Below, one piece after another: positions 29,876 through 40,841 of a stretch of 64,000 nucleotides of DNA. Below the pieces are notes generated by a model. The model made no database searches. It was not told where the DNA came from and worked only from the letters and a program-made list of their open reading frames with translations. The DNA is taken from assembly GCA_963701075.1 (NCBI GenBank), contig OY969559.1:1568001-1632000 (forward strand), given 5' to 3'. Made by a program: the position numbers and the translations under genes. Source of the DNA: an uncultured Nitrososphaerota archaeon (GTDB lineage Archaea > Thermoproteota > Nitrososphaeria > Nitrososphaerales > Nitrosopumilaceae). Position 1 is the stretch's first letter, and each line of letters opens with the position of its first letter.

Positions 29876-30805
29876 CTAGTATTTTGGCGCGAATCTGAGC
29901 CCTGTCTTTTTTGAGATGGCAATTATGGATACTACTGCAATTGCAAGTACCGCGACTGCGATTGGACCAAATTCTGGGATTACAAATGTACCGATTATTT
30001 CTATCTGTTGTGTTCCATTCTTGAATGGAATTGCAAGTGTTCTATCAGTGCTTGTGGTCATGGTCTCATTGGCTTGAGTATTTTCCTGACCATCGTTTAG
30101 TACTACGAATTTAGCAATGCTACCGTCTGAATTTGTTGCATCAATTAATGCTCTAGGCATTGTGATTGTCAACAAGCCATCGCCGGTGGTCTGAATTGAC
30201 ACTGTCAATGACTTGGATGCTGGGTCTGCCTTGATATCAGTAACTTTACCGTTTGTTATAGTGTAACTTATCGAATAACTTGTACCATCAACTGGAATAG
30301 TACTTGGGCCTGATGGGGTCGGAGAAGAACCTGAGAATTGGAATGTTGTTGTAGCAGTATCACTTGGAGAGCCATATTGGACAGATATAGTATATGTACC
30401 AGCAGATATCCATAAGGCCCCCGTAGCAACTGCGGAAGAAGAAAATGTTTTGTCTGATCCCACGGTGATTTGATCTACTTTGACTATGTTTCCAACGGGG
30501 TTTCTTAGAATAAGTGTAAGAGGTGTGTCACCAAGATAATTTGCCGTTGTGCCAGATATTTTTACCGTATCGCCGTCGTTATAGGATGGCTTGTCAGTAA
30601 CAACTGTTACTGCAGCTGTCGTTGACGAAGCTGTCATATTGGCAATCGTGTAAGCAGGACCTTGGTATTGTGACTGCCCCTGGCTTGACATGGTAGTATT
30701 AGTAGGTGTGAAAGTGTTATTCGCAGTCTGCGCAAATGCTGGAACTGCTACGGCAGAACCAAGTATGACTAGAAGCAGTAAAAGTCCATCAAGTCGAATA
30801 TTCAA
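29876..30805 (-). CDS. PEFG-CTERM surface protein
   Basis: Signal peptide, Ig-like TDKPSYNDGD domain and IEIIGTFVIPEFG + TM; paralog of 47180-48265. Confidence 0.92.
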   Translation of the reverse strand: MNIRLDGLLLLLVILGSAVAVPAFAQTANNTFTPTNTTMSSQGQSQYQGPAYTIANMTASSTTAAVTVVTDKPSYNDGDTVKISGTTANYLGDTPLTLILRNPVGNIVKVDQITVGSDKTFSSSAVATGALWISAGTYTISVQYGSPSDTATTTFQFSGSSPTPSGPSTIPVDGTSYSISYTITNGKVTDIKADPASKSLTVSIQTTGDGLLTITMPRALIDATNSDGSIAKFVVLNDGQENTQANETMTTSTDRTLAIPFKNGTQQIEIIGTFVIPEFGPIAVAVLAIAVVSIIAISKKTGLRFAPKY

Positions 30806-31253
30806 TAATTGCGAATCAATTTACCGTTATATAAGCAATTGTAAAAAAACTTTTAATTTATGGATCAGATGTATTTGGCAAGATTTTACTAAAAATATTT
30901 GTTTTAACATTTGTCAAAATTGCTAGTGATTGTACTTGGCAGTTATTGATTGCTACAAATAACAAAAAGAGAATTTTTGGTTTTAGGTAAAATAACAAAT
31001 CTTAAAAACCATTATATCACATAAAAAGAAGAAAACCCTTAGTACCAAAGCATGTGCCTTGGCACTTTTGTGTCTGGAATTGGGTTTTCTTCAGTATTTT
31101 AAGCGCATTTCTGCTATTTAAAAAAAAGTTACAAATTTTCAGTCCCCATAGTTATTATCATGAAAATGAAATAAAGCGATATGAAATAGCCAGTATTTTC
31201 AAGATCTGCGGCTCATGTTTTAGAAATTACACTTGTTATCAAGTCAGACTTTC

Positions 31254-31580
31254 TTATGACTCGTCATCTTGTAGTATGAGCGAATCAACTTTTCTGTTTA
31301 ATTCATTCATTGCGTCAAGAGAGGATTCATGTTTATCATCAAAATCTGCTAGTTTTTTCAGTATTGCGTCATGGTTCTCCTCCAACTCTTCAATCCTGTG
31401 TAAAATATAGTCCTGCGAGTCAGAGGTCTTCTTTTGTCTGTTGTATATCCACCAACTTACTATGCCACCTATTATCGCGCCTGCGATTATTCCCACGTAT
31501 GTAGAGGCAGCATTACTCATGTCAATACAGTCTTGTGAAAGCTCTGGCATGCATCCCCAGATACTCAGTAAGATCAACAT
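31254..31580 (-). CDS. Hypothetical membrane protein with coiled coil
   Basis: TM segment VGIIAGAIIGGIVSWWIY. Confidence 0.7.
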   Translation of the reverse strand: MLILLSIWGCMPELSQDCIDMSNAASTYVGIIAGAIIGGIVSWWIYNRQKKTSDSQDYILHRIEELEENHDAILKKLADFDDKHESSLDAMNELNRKVDSLILQDDES

Positions 31581-31723
31581 TTTACAATGATAAGATCATC
31601 GGTACATGTTTTCATACTTTCTATGAGTATCAATTAACGAGCTTGTAAAATTGATCAAATTCTTTTTTGAATTTCTACAAGTAGTTCTAGAAGATGCATA
31701 TCTTGAAAAGTAGATGGCAAAAC

Positions 31724-32795
31724 TTAATTTGGTTTCATCAAAATTTTACCAATAAAGGCGCCTTTTAGCATCTTGGTGTGCGCCTCCACCGCATTTTCGA
31801 AAGTATAGATTGAATCAATTATTGCTTTTATTTTCCCTTGCGACATCCAATATAGTCCGTCCTCGAGTTCCGCACGAGTTCCCTGCGTTGAACCCAAGAC
31901 GTTTATACCTTTGAAAAATATGTGCCTGAGATCAGTCTGTACATCATATCCAGTGGTGGCCCCTGTTGTAACTAGAGTTGCTCCATATTTTAGCAATGTC
32001 AATTCCTTGTTCCAGTGAGACCCTCCAATGTGTTCAAAGATAACATCTACTCCTGGATTGGTTCCTTTCTTTTTTGCAATGTCTTTTGTAATTGCAAAGA
32101 CTTCTTTGTGCCAGTCGTCCTTTCTGTGATCTATCGCAAAATCTGCTCCAAGTTTTATGCATTCTTCAAGCTTGTTTGGACTTGCAGTAGCAATGACATC
32201 ACAACCATATCAGCTTTGCAATCTGGATTCCAAATGTTCCCATCCCAGAAGTTCCTCCCATTATGAGTACTGTCTGTCCCGGTTTGATCTTTGCCCTGCC
32301 CACTAGCATATGCCATGAAGTCGTCATGACCATTGATGACCCTGCAGCCTCCTCATAGCTGATGCTTTCTGGAATTTTTACCACATTTACTTCTGGTAGG
32401 TGAGCATATTCGCAGTATCCTCCCCATAGAGGCCCGGTTTGGAATCCCCAGATTTTTCTGTGCGGACAATCATATTCACGACCTTCAGTGCATACCATGC
32501 AGACTCGGCATGACATGTTACCATGTGATACAACTCTATCTCCAACCTTAATTGTGGTTACATCATCTCCCACTGCAACAACTTCTCCCGCGGCATCAGT
32601 TCCTGAAATATGTGGCATTGGAATCTTGATTGGTTTTCCTCTCATTCCCCAAATATCATCATGATTTAATCCTGCGACCTTTACTTTGAAAACAACTTCG
32701 TTTGGTTTTGGCTTAGGATCAGGTACTTCCTTGATTTTCAGAATCTTTGCATAGTCATCGTCTGGTGCATACTCCTCATAAACCAGAGCTTTCAC
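31724..32795 (-). CDS. Zn-binding MDR dehydrogenase/reductase (acryloyl-CoA reductase-like), +1 frameshift next to AGCT 32212-32215
   Basis: PHISGTDAAG, structural Zn CxxCxxC-x7-C and GGTSGMG. Removing one base gives IAKLYGCDVIAT and an open frame to 31724. Confidence 0.85.
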
Positions 32796-32954
32796 AAATC
32801 ACATGACTCAAAATGGCAATATTAAGAAATGGGTTATCAAACCAGTCAGCAGTACGATGACATAGTATGTTATGTCCGTCGCCAATAATGAGAGCATGTG
32901 GAATAATTTCACAAAGAATTTTAATAGAAAAACAATGATGATAAAAAATTAGTT

Positions 32955-33095
32955 CTAGTGGTGATGTCCACAACCACAAGAATCATGGCTTTCTACGGTT
33001 CCTTGCATTTCCTTTCCTGTACATTTAGAACATTTGTCTGAGCCAGTAGCAGAAAAAAACCCTATTCCGCATACGACACATTTTGTGCTTGTCAT
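32955..33095 (-). CDS. Small Cys/His-rich metal-binding protein (46 aa)
   Basis: Manual translation MTSTKCVVCGIGFFSATGSDKCSKCTGKEMQGTVESHDSCGCGHHH. Confidence 0.75.
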   Translation of the reverse strand: MTSTKCVVCGIGFFSATGSDKCSKCTGKEMQGTVESHDSCGCGHHH

Positions 33096-33432
33096 AAAAG
33101 AACTACTTTTTACCTGTATTTATTGATACAGATTTTGGAATAAAAGACATGATATATTCAAAGAAAGGCCTGAGTTCTTGAAGATCTTAACAAAGGAACT
33201 CAAGTAGAATCTAGTATTTCCATACATTTTTGGTGACTGTCTTGATTTCCGTCATCATTTTACATGAAACGCTAAGTCCCTATGGCTAATTCTAGCATAC
33301 AGTATTTTGCAAGGTCGAACCTAGATTGCTATCTTTTTGATTCAATTGTCTACAACCAACTATTATGGACACCAATAACATCAGATCCATCAATTCATAG
33401 AATTTATTAATTGATTATGTCGGTATGTAGAT

Positions 33433-34401
33433 ATGATGTCAAAACCAATAAACGCGTTATTTGGTGTATTGACCCTAGTTGCGATTCTTGCAATAGCTCC
33501 ATCAGCTTTTGCAGAGTCTGGAACAACTGTAAACATTTCAGCCGGCGCAGGCGCAAGTCCAAACTGTTCACAAACAAAGAACTGTTTTGACCAAGATGTC
33601 ATCACTGTAGCACCCGGCACAACTGTAACATGGCAAAACAATGACAAGGTCAGCCATACTGTGACAAGCGGTAATCCGTCAGACAATCAGACCGGCACTA
33701 TCTTTGATAGTAGTTTGATTGCATCTGGAAAGGACTTTTCATTTACCTTCAATAATCCTGGCACATACAACTACTTTTGCCAAGTTCATCCATGGATGAC
33801 AGGCCAAGTAATTGTTGCGACTGGAGCTTCTAGTTCATCTGGAAGTACCACTTCAGGTATGAACATGCCATCTGGTAGCAGCATGTCTGGAATGTCCAAT
33901 AGTTCGTCAAGTATGAACATGCCATCTGGTAGCAGCATGTCTGGAATGTCCAATAGTTCGTCCACTCCACAACAACCAGCGAATCTAACATCTAATGGGT
34001 TTGCTTCAACGGTACAGCAAGGAGGTAGTCAAATTGCTCAACAATCTGGACAGGGACAACAAGGAGGTATTCCTCTAGGATCATCATATAATGCACCAGC
34101 AAATATGTCTTCGACACCATCTACTCCAACACAACCTGCACCACCTTCACAAGCTCCACAGTATGGATCACAAGTACCATCGGCATCACAAGCAGGAATG
34201 GGACAGCAAAACGGTATTCCTCTGGGATCATCATATAGTGCACCAGCAGGCAGTCCACAAAATCAGATTCCTGCACAAGTAGTGTATAATGATTCAGACA
34301 ATCCCACTGGTCCACTTCAAGGCATGGGATGGATAGCAGGAATGGTAATAGCAGGAGTCTTGAGCGGTGTTGGAATCTGGACAGCAGTACGACGCAGATA
34401 G
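33433..34401 (+). CDS. Membrane-anchored cupredoxin with a Met/Ser-rich repeated linker
   Basis: SHTVTSG and YFCQVHPWM; 54-bp tandem duplication at 33859/33913; C-terminal TM + RRR. Confidence 0.92.
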   Translation: MMSKPINALFGVLTLVAILAIAPSAFAESGTTVNISAGAGASPNCSQTKNCFDQDVITVAPGTTVTWQNNDKVSHTVTSGNPSDNQTGTIFDSSLIASGKDFSFTFNNPGTYNYFCQVHPWMTGQVIVATGASSSSGSTTSGMNMPSGSSMSGMSNSSSSMNMPSGSSMSGMSNSSSTPQQPANLTSNGFASTVQQGGSQIAQQSGQGQQGGIPLGSSYNAPANMSSTPSTPTQPAPPSQAPQYGSQVPSASQAGMGQQNGIPLGSSYSAPAGSPQNQIPAQVVYNDSDNPTGPLQGMGWIAGMVIAGVLSGVGIWTAVRRR

Positions 34402-34623
34402 GATAAACTAATGGAGTCCAAAAAGACTACATTCTCTTTATTTTTATAAAATTATTTCAACTAAGACACGTATTTTGATATTGAGTATTTTACGCAGATT
34501 ACATTTTCCAAAAGAAAGATTTGCTAACATTCTTCATTTCTTTTTCGAAGAGATCTTGTTTGCGAGTATGTACGGACCAAGTAAGGAACAAGAGCGCGGA
34601 ATTATCATTGAATCAGTGTTACA

Positions 34624-35190
34624 TTATTTCTCATCAATACAATTCTTGTTTAGCAGCCTTAGGTGATTTTTTAGGCGTGCTCCAGTATACCGCCCTTTTT
34701 TTAAAAGAGGAACATAAACCTGCGAAACAAAAAGAAAAGGAATACGAGTGTACTGCGTGGCAACCAGAGGGATAAGCGTGGAAGTTGTGCGCTTTACCAT
34801 TTTTTCAGAGTAATCCCACATCTCCTCCTCGTATTTGCAAAAGTCCTGATATGCTTTTTCTGCATATTTAGCATATCTGCCCCAATCCTCTTTTAGAATT
34901 TTATTCGGATTGAGTTCATTCCAATAGGGGATTTTCGAGCCAAGGCCATTCTCGTTAGAAATTCCGTCATTAGGTTTTTGATTATTTAGATTTTCATCAA
35001 TACGACGAATATGATCTGCACGAAGGATCTGATATGCCTCGTTTATTAACTTAAATTTTTCATCATCTTGTTTTGAGATGCTTTTGTCAGGATGATACTT
35101 TAGCGCCAGCTTTCTATATGCATCTTTGATCTCCCGTACGGATGCTCCTTTCTCCAGACCAAGTAGCCGATAACATGTACAGCTATTCAA
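34624..35190 (-). CDS. J-domain (DnaJ N-terminal) protein
   Basis: [17 protein letters not shown]...[11 protein letters not shown]. Confidence 0.88.
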   Translation of the reverse strand: MNSCTCYRLLGLEKGASVREIKDAYRKLALKYHPDKSISKQDDEKFKLINEAYQILRADHIRRIDENLNNQKPNDGISNENGLGSKIPYWNELNPNKILKEDWGRYAKYAEKAYQDFCKYEEEMWDYSEKMVKRTTSTLIPLVATQYTRIPFLFVSQVYVPLLKKGRYTGARLKNHLRLLNKNCIDEK

Positions 35191-35417
35191 TGGCAGATAT
35201 TTGTTGAACTATTTTAAAAAAGTTTAATTTCATTTTCTTGTTCTAATTGGAAAATAAATTCAATCACATGAGATTATGCCCACATTTCAGGTAGGCTTGC
35301 AAAAAAAGGCTGCAATTAACCTATTTATGTGTAAAAAGCCATTCAATCCAATTACCATCCTTTAGGGCAAAATTATCGTAGTATCATTGAAATATTTAGT
35401 AATCAATTTACTATTAG

Positions 35418-35816
35418 TTGAAAAAACCAATACTTACAATAGTAATTGGCGGAATCCTTGCGGCAATTATCATATTTTTGGTATTCAGTTTTCTTCCCAT
35501 ATTACCACCCTCTCAAAAATATGATATCTCAGTTAACCCTATACTTGTGAAGGAGGAAATGGGTACAGAGACTCATGTCACCATCAAGAACACTGGAATG
35601 GATGCACTTACTAATGTCACGGTGAACTATGGCGGAACCGCAAAACCTGACATAATTCCCATTCTCAATCCAGGTGACAAGATTATACTCTCTCCACCGG
35701 AAGGTAGCGACCTCACTGAGGTACGAGTTACAACAGACCAAGGAATTGACGTAACCCAGCCATACACTACCCCTTGGAGTGTTCCTTTCGTTGGAAACTC
35801 TGGCTTTGGCGGATGA
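35418..35816 (+). CDS. Membrane-anchored Ig-like protein
   Basis: N-terminal TM, then VTIKNTGMDALTNVTV...LNPGD. Confidence 0.75.
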   Translation: MKKPILTIVIGGILAAIIIFLVFSFLPILPPSQKYDISVNPILVKEEMGTETHVTIKNTGMDALTNVTVNYGGTAKPDIIPILNPGDKIILSPPEGSDLTEVRVTTDQGIDVTQPYTTPWSVPFVGNSGFGG

Positions 35817-36083
35817 CAGGATTTGGAATTGCTGATCAAAAGTATTCATTCATGCAATCAAGCAACAGATTGATTCTTTGAATCACCTTTATCATATAGA
35901 AAAGAGATCATATGTCATCTCATGCAAGATAAATAGTATTATGGCAATCAAAATGTAAAAATTTTGCTGCCATATAACAAACAGGATTACTGCATATTTT
36001 TGGCGTGTTTGCCATCTTGTTTTACCAACTTAGAAAAAAGATAATTACTAAGTAATGCGTTTCAAGTATGAACTTGTAGACTT

Positions 36084-36419
36084 ATGGCCAAAGTAAAAAT
36101 CAATCTATCATGTGGGGAAATTACAATAGAATTTACAGATATGAAGGACTTGGAAGACCAGCTGAAAAAAATGGATCTGCTTAGAATAGATTCTCTGCTT
36201 AACGTCAAAAAGCAAGAAGTTACATCAGATGCTGAAAACCCGAGAAAGGTGACAGCCCCAGATGTGGACAATATTGCGAAGGAGCTTGGCACAGTCAACC
36301 TATTGAAGGTATCAGAACGTGGACAGGATGCAACAAAGTTGGCAATATTTTTGGCTGCAAGCGGAATGAGTCGTGAAGATATCAAAAAAATTACCGGCGT
36401 TACAATTTTGAGCTCTTAA
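36084..36419 (+). CDS. Hypothetical protein, possibly truncated
   Basis: 111-aa ORF that ends soon after an HTH-like segment, MSREDIKKITG. Confidence 0.65.
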   Translation: MAKVKINLSCGEITIEFTDMKDLEDQLKKMDLLRIDSLLNVKKQEVTSDAENPRKVTAPDVDNIAKELGTVNLLKVSERGQDATKLAIFLAASGMSREDIKKITGVTILSS

Positions 36420-36541
36420 AGTGGCAACTGCCATATTAAATGACTGCAATCACAGAGATCTACTGATATATTAAAATCGTAGTACGTTTCATTGATTTGT
36501 ATTATCAGTAACTTCAAGAATTTGTTGTGATTTTTAAGATG

Positions 36542-36655
36542 TCTGGCGTGACCCTTTGCGCAGAACATGGGGAAATCACTTCCCAATGAATCAGTACCAA
36601 TGTACCTTTTTCACTCACTAGTTTCTGCAGGGTCACGCAGATTAGTTATCTGCGC
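36542..36655. ncRNA. Candidate structured intergenic element
   Basis: GCGTGACCCT (36546-36555) pairs perfectly with AGGGTCACGC (36629-36638). Inner GCAGAA/TTCTGC stem and GGGAA-ATCAC-TTCCC hairpin. Confidence 0.4.
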
Positions 36656-36873
36656 TTACACAAGGCATTGATCAATTTACGTATTTATTGTATTTAAGGT
36701 ACGGTACGATGGATGCAGACAAACAAAATTTTATACACATTAGTCTCACTACCTGCTTCTTTGTCAGGTGTTGAGACAAATAGTCTTTTTGTCGAATTAT
36801 TCCACAATGGAATCGAATTTTATGCCACAATTCCATCTCCCTCAAGTCTGTTTTCGGCATTAACCATGATATC

Positions 36874-37263
36874 GTGAATAAAGACAAGAAACTCATAATT
36901 GCACTGCCTGCAGCCTTTGCGATATACTCTATACTGTTAATTTTATTTTTGCCTCATGCTTATGCAATCACACAGGAACCTAGCGGTCCACAATGCGAAA
37001 GCACTTACACAATTATCTACAATGATCCCATAAAATTCAATGAAACCAAAACCATTGATGCTCTAAAACAGAGTTTATCAAATATTGATTTTAGTGGAGA
37101 TGTTCTTGACGGTCAACCATGGTGGAGTTATATGCACATTAGCAAACCTGACACAAACTCTACATCTACCCTTACAGTGCCCACGGTTTCAGGTGCGGTA
37201 GATAATATTGTAACAAATACTATGCAAGGAATGGACGGAGTTCTAAAAGTAGATAGTATATGA
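36874..37263 (+). CDS. Secreted hypothetical protein (may extend to 37313 if AG[C]T at 37255 is restored)
   Basis: Signal peptide ending PHAYA. Confidence 0.7.
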   Translation: MNKDKKLIIALPAAFAIYSILLILFLPHAYAITQEPSGPQCESTYTIIYNDPIKFNETKTIDALKQSLSNIDFSGDVLDGQPWWSYMHISKPDTNSTSTLTVPTVSGAVDNIVTNTMQGMDGVLKVDSI

Positions 37264-37490
37264 CTGCCTGGTGTGACGAGATTGGATATACTGTAGTCTA
37301 TAATGTAACATAACATTTTTTCTAATGTGATCATCTATTTCTCAACAAGCAACTAGAAAAACCTAACAGTGTGACCATTTTAGATTTTCTCACATTGTGA
37401 GATTCTAGAATTGTAATTGCCAAAAAGATTACTGGATGTTTTCAGTTTGACTGTGATAGGCTTATGAATTTTTAAATTTCTTCAAACAGT

Positions 37491-38725
37491 TTATTCTCTT
37501 CTTAATGCTACCATGGGGGAGAGTCGCGATGCCTTCCAAGCTGGGTATATCCCAGCTGCCAAGCTTAAGGTAACTGAGAGAACCCAGACCTTTAGAAGAT
37601 CAGTTGGAACATAGATCGGCGGAATATGAATATTTCCGGAACCTTGTACACTTGTAGTGGTAAAGATGCTCAGTACATAACCTGCGCCCATACCAATTAT
37701 CACCCCTAAAGAAGCTCCAATAATGCCTATCAATGCGGCTTCCACTATGAATAGCTCAAGAATATCAATATTCTGCGCTCCGATTGCCTTCATTGTACCT
37801 ATCTCACGAATTCTTTCCGTCACAGAGTTGTAAAGTGTTGTTACGATTCCAACAGCACCCACTACAAGTGCAATTATTCCCACCATCAGTGTAAAGGCAG
37901 CATTACCACTTGACGCCTTTTGTGTTACTGCCATTATGGCTGACGGGGTTGTCACACCAAGGGTTGGACCATACAGAGTTGTTACTCCTGTTGTACCGTA
38001 GTAACATAATCAGCAGAGTCTGCGGCTACAATTAGCTGATCATATTTTGTAGATTTGTGCAATAACTGGTTACCTGCAGCCAAGCTAATTATAATAGAAC
38101 TATCAATTTTTGAATTTCCAGAAGGTTGCATTATTCCAGATATAATGTAATTCTGGACTTCTGTCGCGGGTTTTCCGGTAGTCACTGTATATGAATATGT
38201 GAGTTTGATTGTTTGCCCTAGAACAACAAATGGCGATGTTGCTCCAGGAGGATTTGCTATGGTATCTCCAACTAGTGCAGATGCTCTATTATTTGGGTTT
38301 ACAGTAGAGCCGTCAACAAACTGAAGATTTGGCAAAATCACATTGAGTTTTGTGGGATCCATAGCAGTTACTGAAACATGTTGAGTCTCTCCTGCACTAT
38401 CAACTTGAACAGACCCAGAATATTCTGGAATTACGGCTTCTATGTACGGTAGCGTACTTATCTTACTCAATACAGCGTTATTGATTGTGATTGAGACTTG
38501 AGAGGACGAACCGTGATACGAGTGTTGTCCGGAACCTACATAAATTACATTTGCAGCCAATGAACTAAACTGGCTTTCTAAAAATGCCGATTGACCTGCA
38601 CTTAGTCCATTGAGGACGACAACCAAACTGCTACCTAGAACTACCATTAACACGGTCAGTACAGTCCTGACTTTTCGGTCTATCAATGCATCAAACGCTA
38701 GGGAAAAGATATCTCCAGGGTGCAT
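37491..38725 (-). CDS. MacB/FtsX-type ABC permease, -1 frameshift at 37984-37986 (AG[C]T on the coding strand)
   Basis: RKVRTVLTVL..., SVTERIREIGTMKAIGA and YPAWKASRLSPMVALR. Frames join as QQELTTLYGP. Confidence 0.9.
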
Positions 38726-38726
38726 G

Positions 38727-40841
38727 CTACTTTTTGTCAGAACTGTCCAGTGCTGCCACTATATCAGTGTCGCTTCCTGCAAGCATCTTCATTTTTCGTT
38801 TTTTCGACTTGATTCTTCTTACCACAATTGCGGCTGCAATTGCTGCTATGATAATTCCGACTAGCACTGGCAGAGGAATTGGAATCATATCAAGGATGGA
38901 TCCTTGTTCATGTCCAGTATTTGCATGCGGTGCTCTTGCTACAGATATTGTCGCATTCATGATTAGTGTGTGTGGATTCTTTAGGTCATCGGCATATACG
39001 ACTTTGAACGATACAGGATAGGATCCTGGCTTGAGATAGTTTATGCCGCTGAGGGGAATACTAAATGGTATAGGTGAGTCAGGAGTGAGGTCACCCAAGA
39101 ACTGTGGGGCCATAGCCGAAGATCCTCCACCGCCACCGCTGTAGCTGCCGCCACCGCCACCGCTGTAGCTGCCGCCACCGCCACCGCTGTAGCTGCCTCC
39201 GCCGCCACCGCTGTGGCTACCAGTACCGTTACCAGTTGCATTTGCCATTCTTGCCTCCCTTATGTCCTGCAATATTGGAGATTTGTAAAGCTGTACTGTG
39301 GTATACAAGCCAGTTGTACTTCCTTGATTTAACAGGCTGCCTGCTATGTTTGGCGTATTTCCGACATAGTTTACTGACAAACCATATAGTTCTAATTGTA
39401 TATTGCCAACCACAAACGCGCCTAGTGTAAGTGAGTTACTTTCTGTCTCACCTTGAGATATATAATTTGCAGTCAAAGTAAATGATGTTGGCGTATCAAG
39501 CAAGGTAGTTGCAGCGTATACACTGGTGTTTAATGCTTGACTTTGGCCTGGCGCCAGGTTTGGAATATTCCATGTAGATTGTCCTACAATAGAAACAGAA
39601 GAAGAAGAGGTATTTACTGGCACAAGTGTGACCACTAGATTTTGGGCATCGTTTGTGCCGTTATTTGATACGATAAAATTCAGAGGAGCAATGTTTCCCG
39701 CAGGAATAAGAGAAGACTTGTTGCCACCAGCATATGAAAGGCTCAGTGATTGCGGAGGTATCGGAGAAACAACTAGACCAGTATTCAGGGCTGTGGTTAG
39801 CTGTTTGCCCCATGCATTTTCATATGAGACTGATATAGATACATCCTGTGTTTGACCTGCTGCAGAAGTGGCAGGAAATACTGTAGTATTTAGCTGGGCA
39901 GAACCATTAGCTGGTATAACGCCCAAGTTGAACTGAGTAGCCCCAAGATTAACAATGTTGGTTGTAGTAGAGGATAGTGTGAGAGTACTGGTGGATGATG
40001 ATGAACCAGAATTTCCTTTTTGACCAAGATTTGTGATTGTAGCTACCACACCTGTTGCTGGAGCTGAGCCCTTGTTTACAATATCAATGCTAATAGGATC
40101 AGTTTGCGCGGGAGCTATGGAGTTTGTGATGGTCGTGGCATCCATGATTACTTTACCAGGAAGAACGAGTGGGACTTCAAGTAACGCCGAACTGCAATGC
40201 TGAGTTAGTGCAGCAACTCCCGCACTTTCATACAGTTGGTAATCAACTACGAGGTTAGTAGAATGCGTTCCAACCACTGCCGTTGGCAGGACGTTTACAT
40301 TAAAGTACAAGATGAATGTGTTTGTAGGTTGAACGGTTCCATAGTAGCTACCTAGTGCATAGTTACTTGCCTCTGCAGATGCAGGATTGTAATTCTGGAG
40401 AAGTTGCGGTATCTTGCTTTCCCCAGTCGGAGTAAATCCAGATGGTAGATTCAGAAATCCAGTTATGGCATTAATTGGAAGATTACCTACGTTGGTTAGA
40501 ACAACAGCAAAGACTTCAGGTCCTTCTCCTGGTCCTATCTCCTTTTTGATTACGTTACTGCCACTACTCGAGTTACCTGAGAGGTTCACGTTGGTGCCTT
40601 GATCCACCCAATACGCGTCTAATACTACAGGGCCATTATAGGTAGTCTGTATAGTAGTAGTTAGCGGGGCTGAACAGTCTGTTGATTGATAGGATTGTTC
40701 ATATGATGGCATACTAAATGATGAGCCAAACAATATTACAATCAAAGCAAAGCAAGCAGCCTTCGGTACAAGATCTCTTCTGAAAATAAGATGAAGTGTT
40801 TTAGAAAGACTAGTTTGTGACATCTCGCTCGATTCTCCCAT
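38727..40841 (-). CDS. COG1361 S-layer-domain accessory protein of the ABC exporter
   Basis: Multiple Ig-like domains (NxG...A...V, LAPGQS), GGGGGSYS repeats and a C-terminal TM. Confidence 0.85.
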   Translation of the reverse strand: MGESSEMSQTSLSKTLHLIFRRDLVPKAACFALIVILFGSSFSMPSYEQSYQSTDCSAPLTTTIQTTYNGPVVLDAYWVDQGTNVNLSGNSSSGSNVIKKEIGPGEGPEVFAVVLTNVGNLPINAITGFLNLPSGFTPTGESKIPQLLQNYNPASAEASNYALGSYYGTVQPTNTFILYFNVNVLPTAVVGTHSTNLVVDYQLYESAGVAALTQHCSSALLEVPLVLPGKVIMDATTITNSIAPAQTDPISIDIVNKGSAPATGVVATITNLGQKGNSGSSSSTSTLTLSSTTTNIVNLGATQFNLGVIPANGSAQLNTTVFPATSAAGQTQDVSISVSYENAWGKQLTTALNTGLVVSPIPPQSLSLSYAGGNKSSLIPAGNIAPLNFIVSNNGTNDAQNLVVTLVPVNTSSSSVSIVGQSTWNIPNLAPGQSQALNTSVYAATTLLDTPTSFTLTANYISQGETESNSLTLGAFVVGNIQLELYGLSVNYVGNTPNIAGSLLNQGSTTGLYTTVQLYKSPILQDIREARMANATGNGTGSHSGGGGGSYSGGGGGSYSGGGGGSYSGGGGGSSAMAPQFLGDLTPDSPIPFSIPLSGINYLKPGSYPVSFKVVYADDLKNPHTLIMNATISVARAPHANTGHEQGSILDMIPIPLPVLVGIIIAAIAAAIVVRRIKSKKRKMKMLAGSDTDIVAALDSSDKK
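39125..39215. repeat. 24-bp tandem repeat encoding GGGGGSYS
   Basis: CCGCCACCGCTGTAGCTGCCGCCA-type units, about 3.5 copies. Confidence 0.85.
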
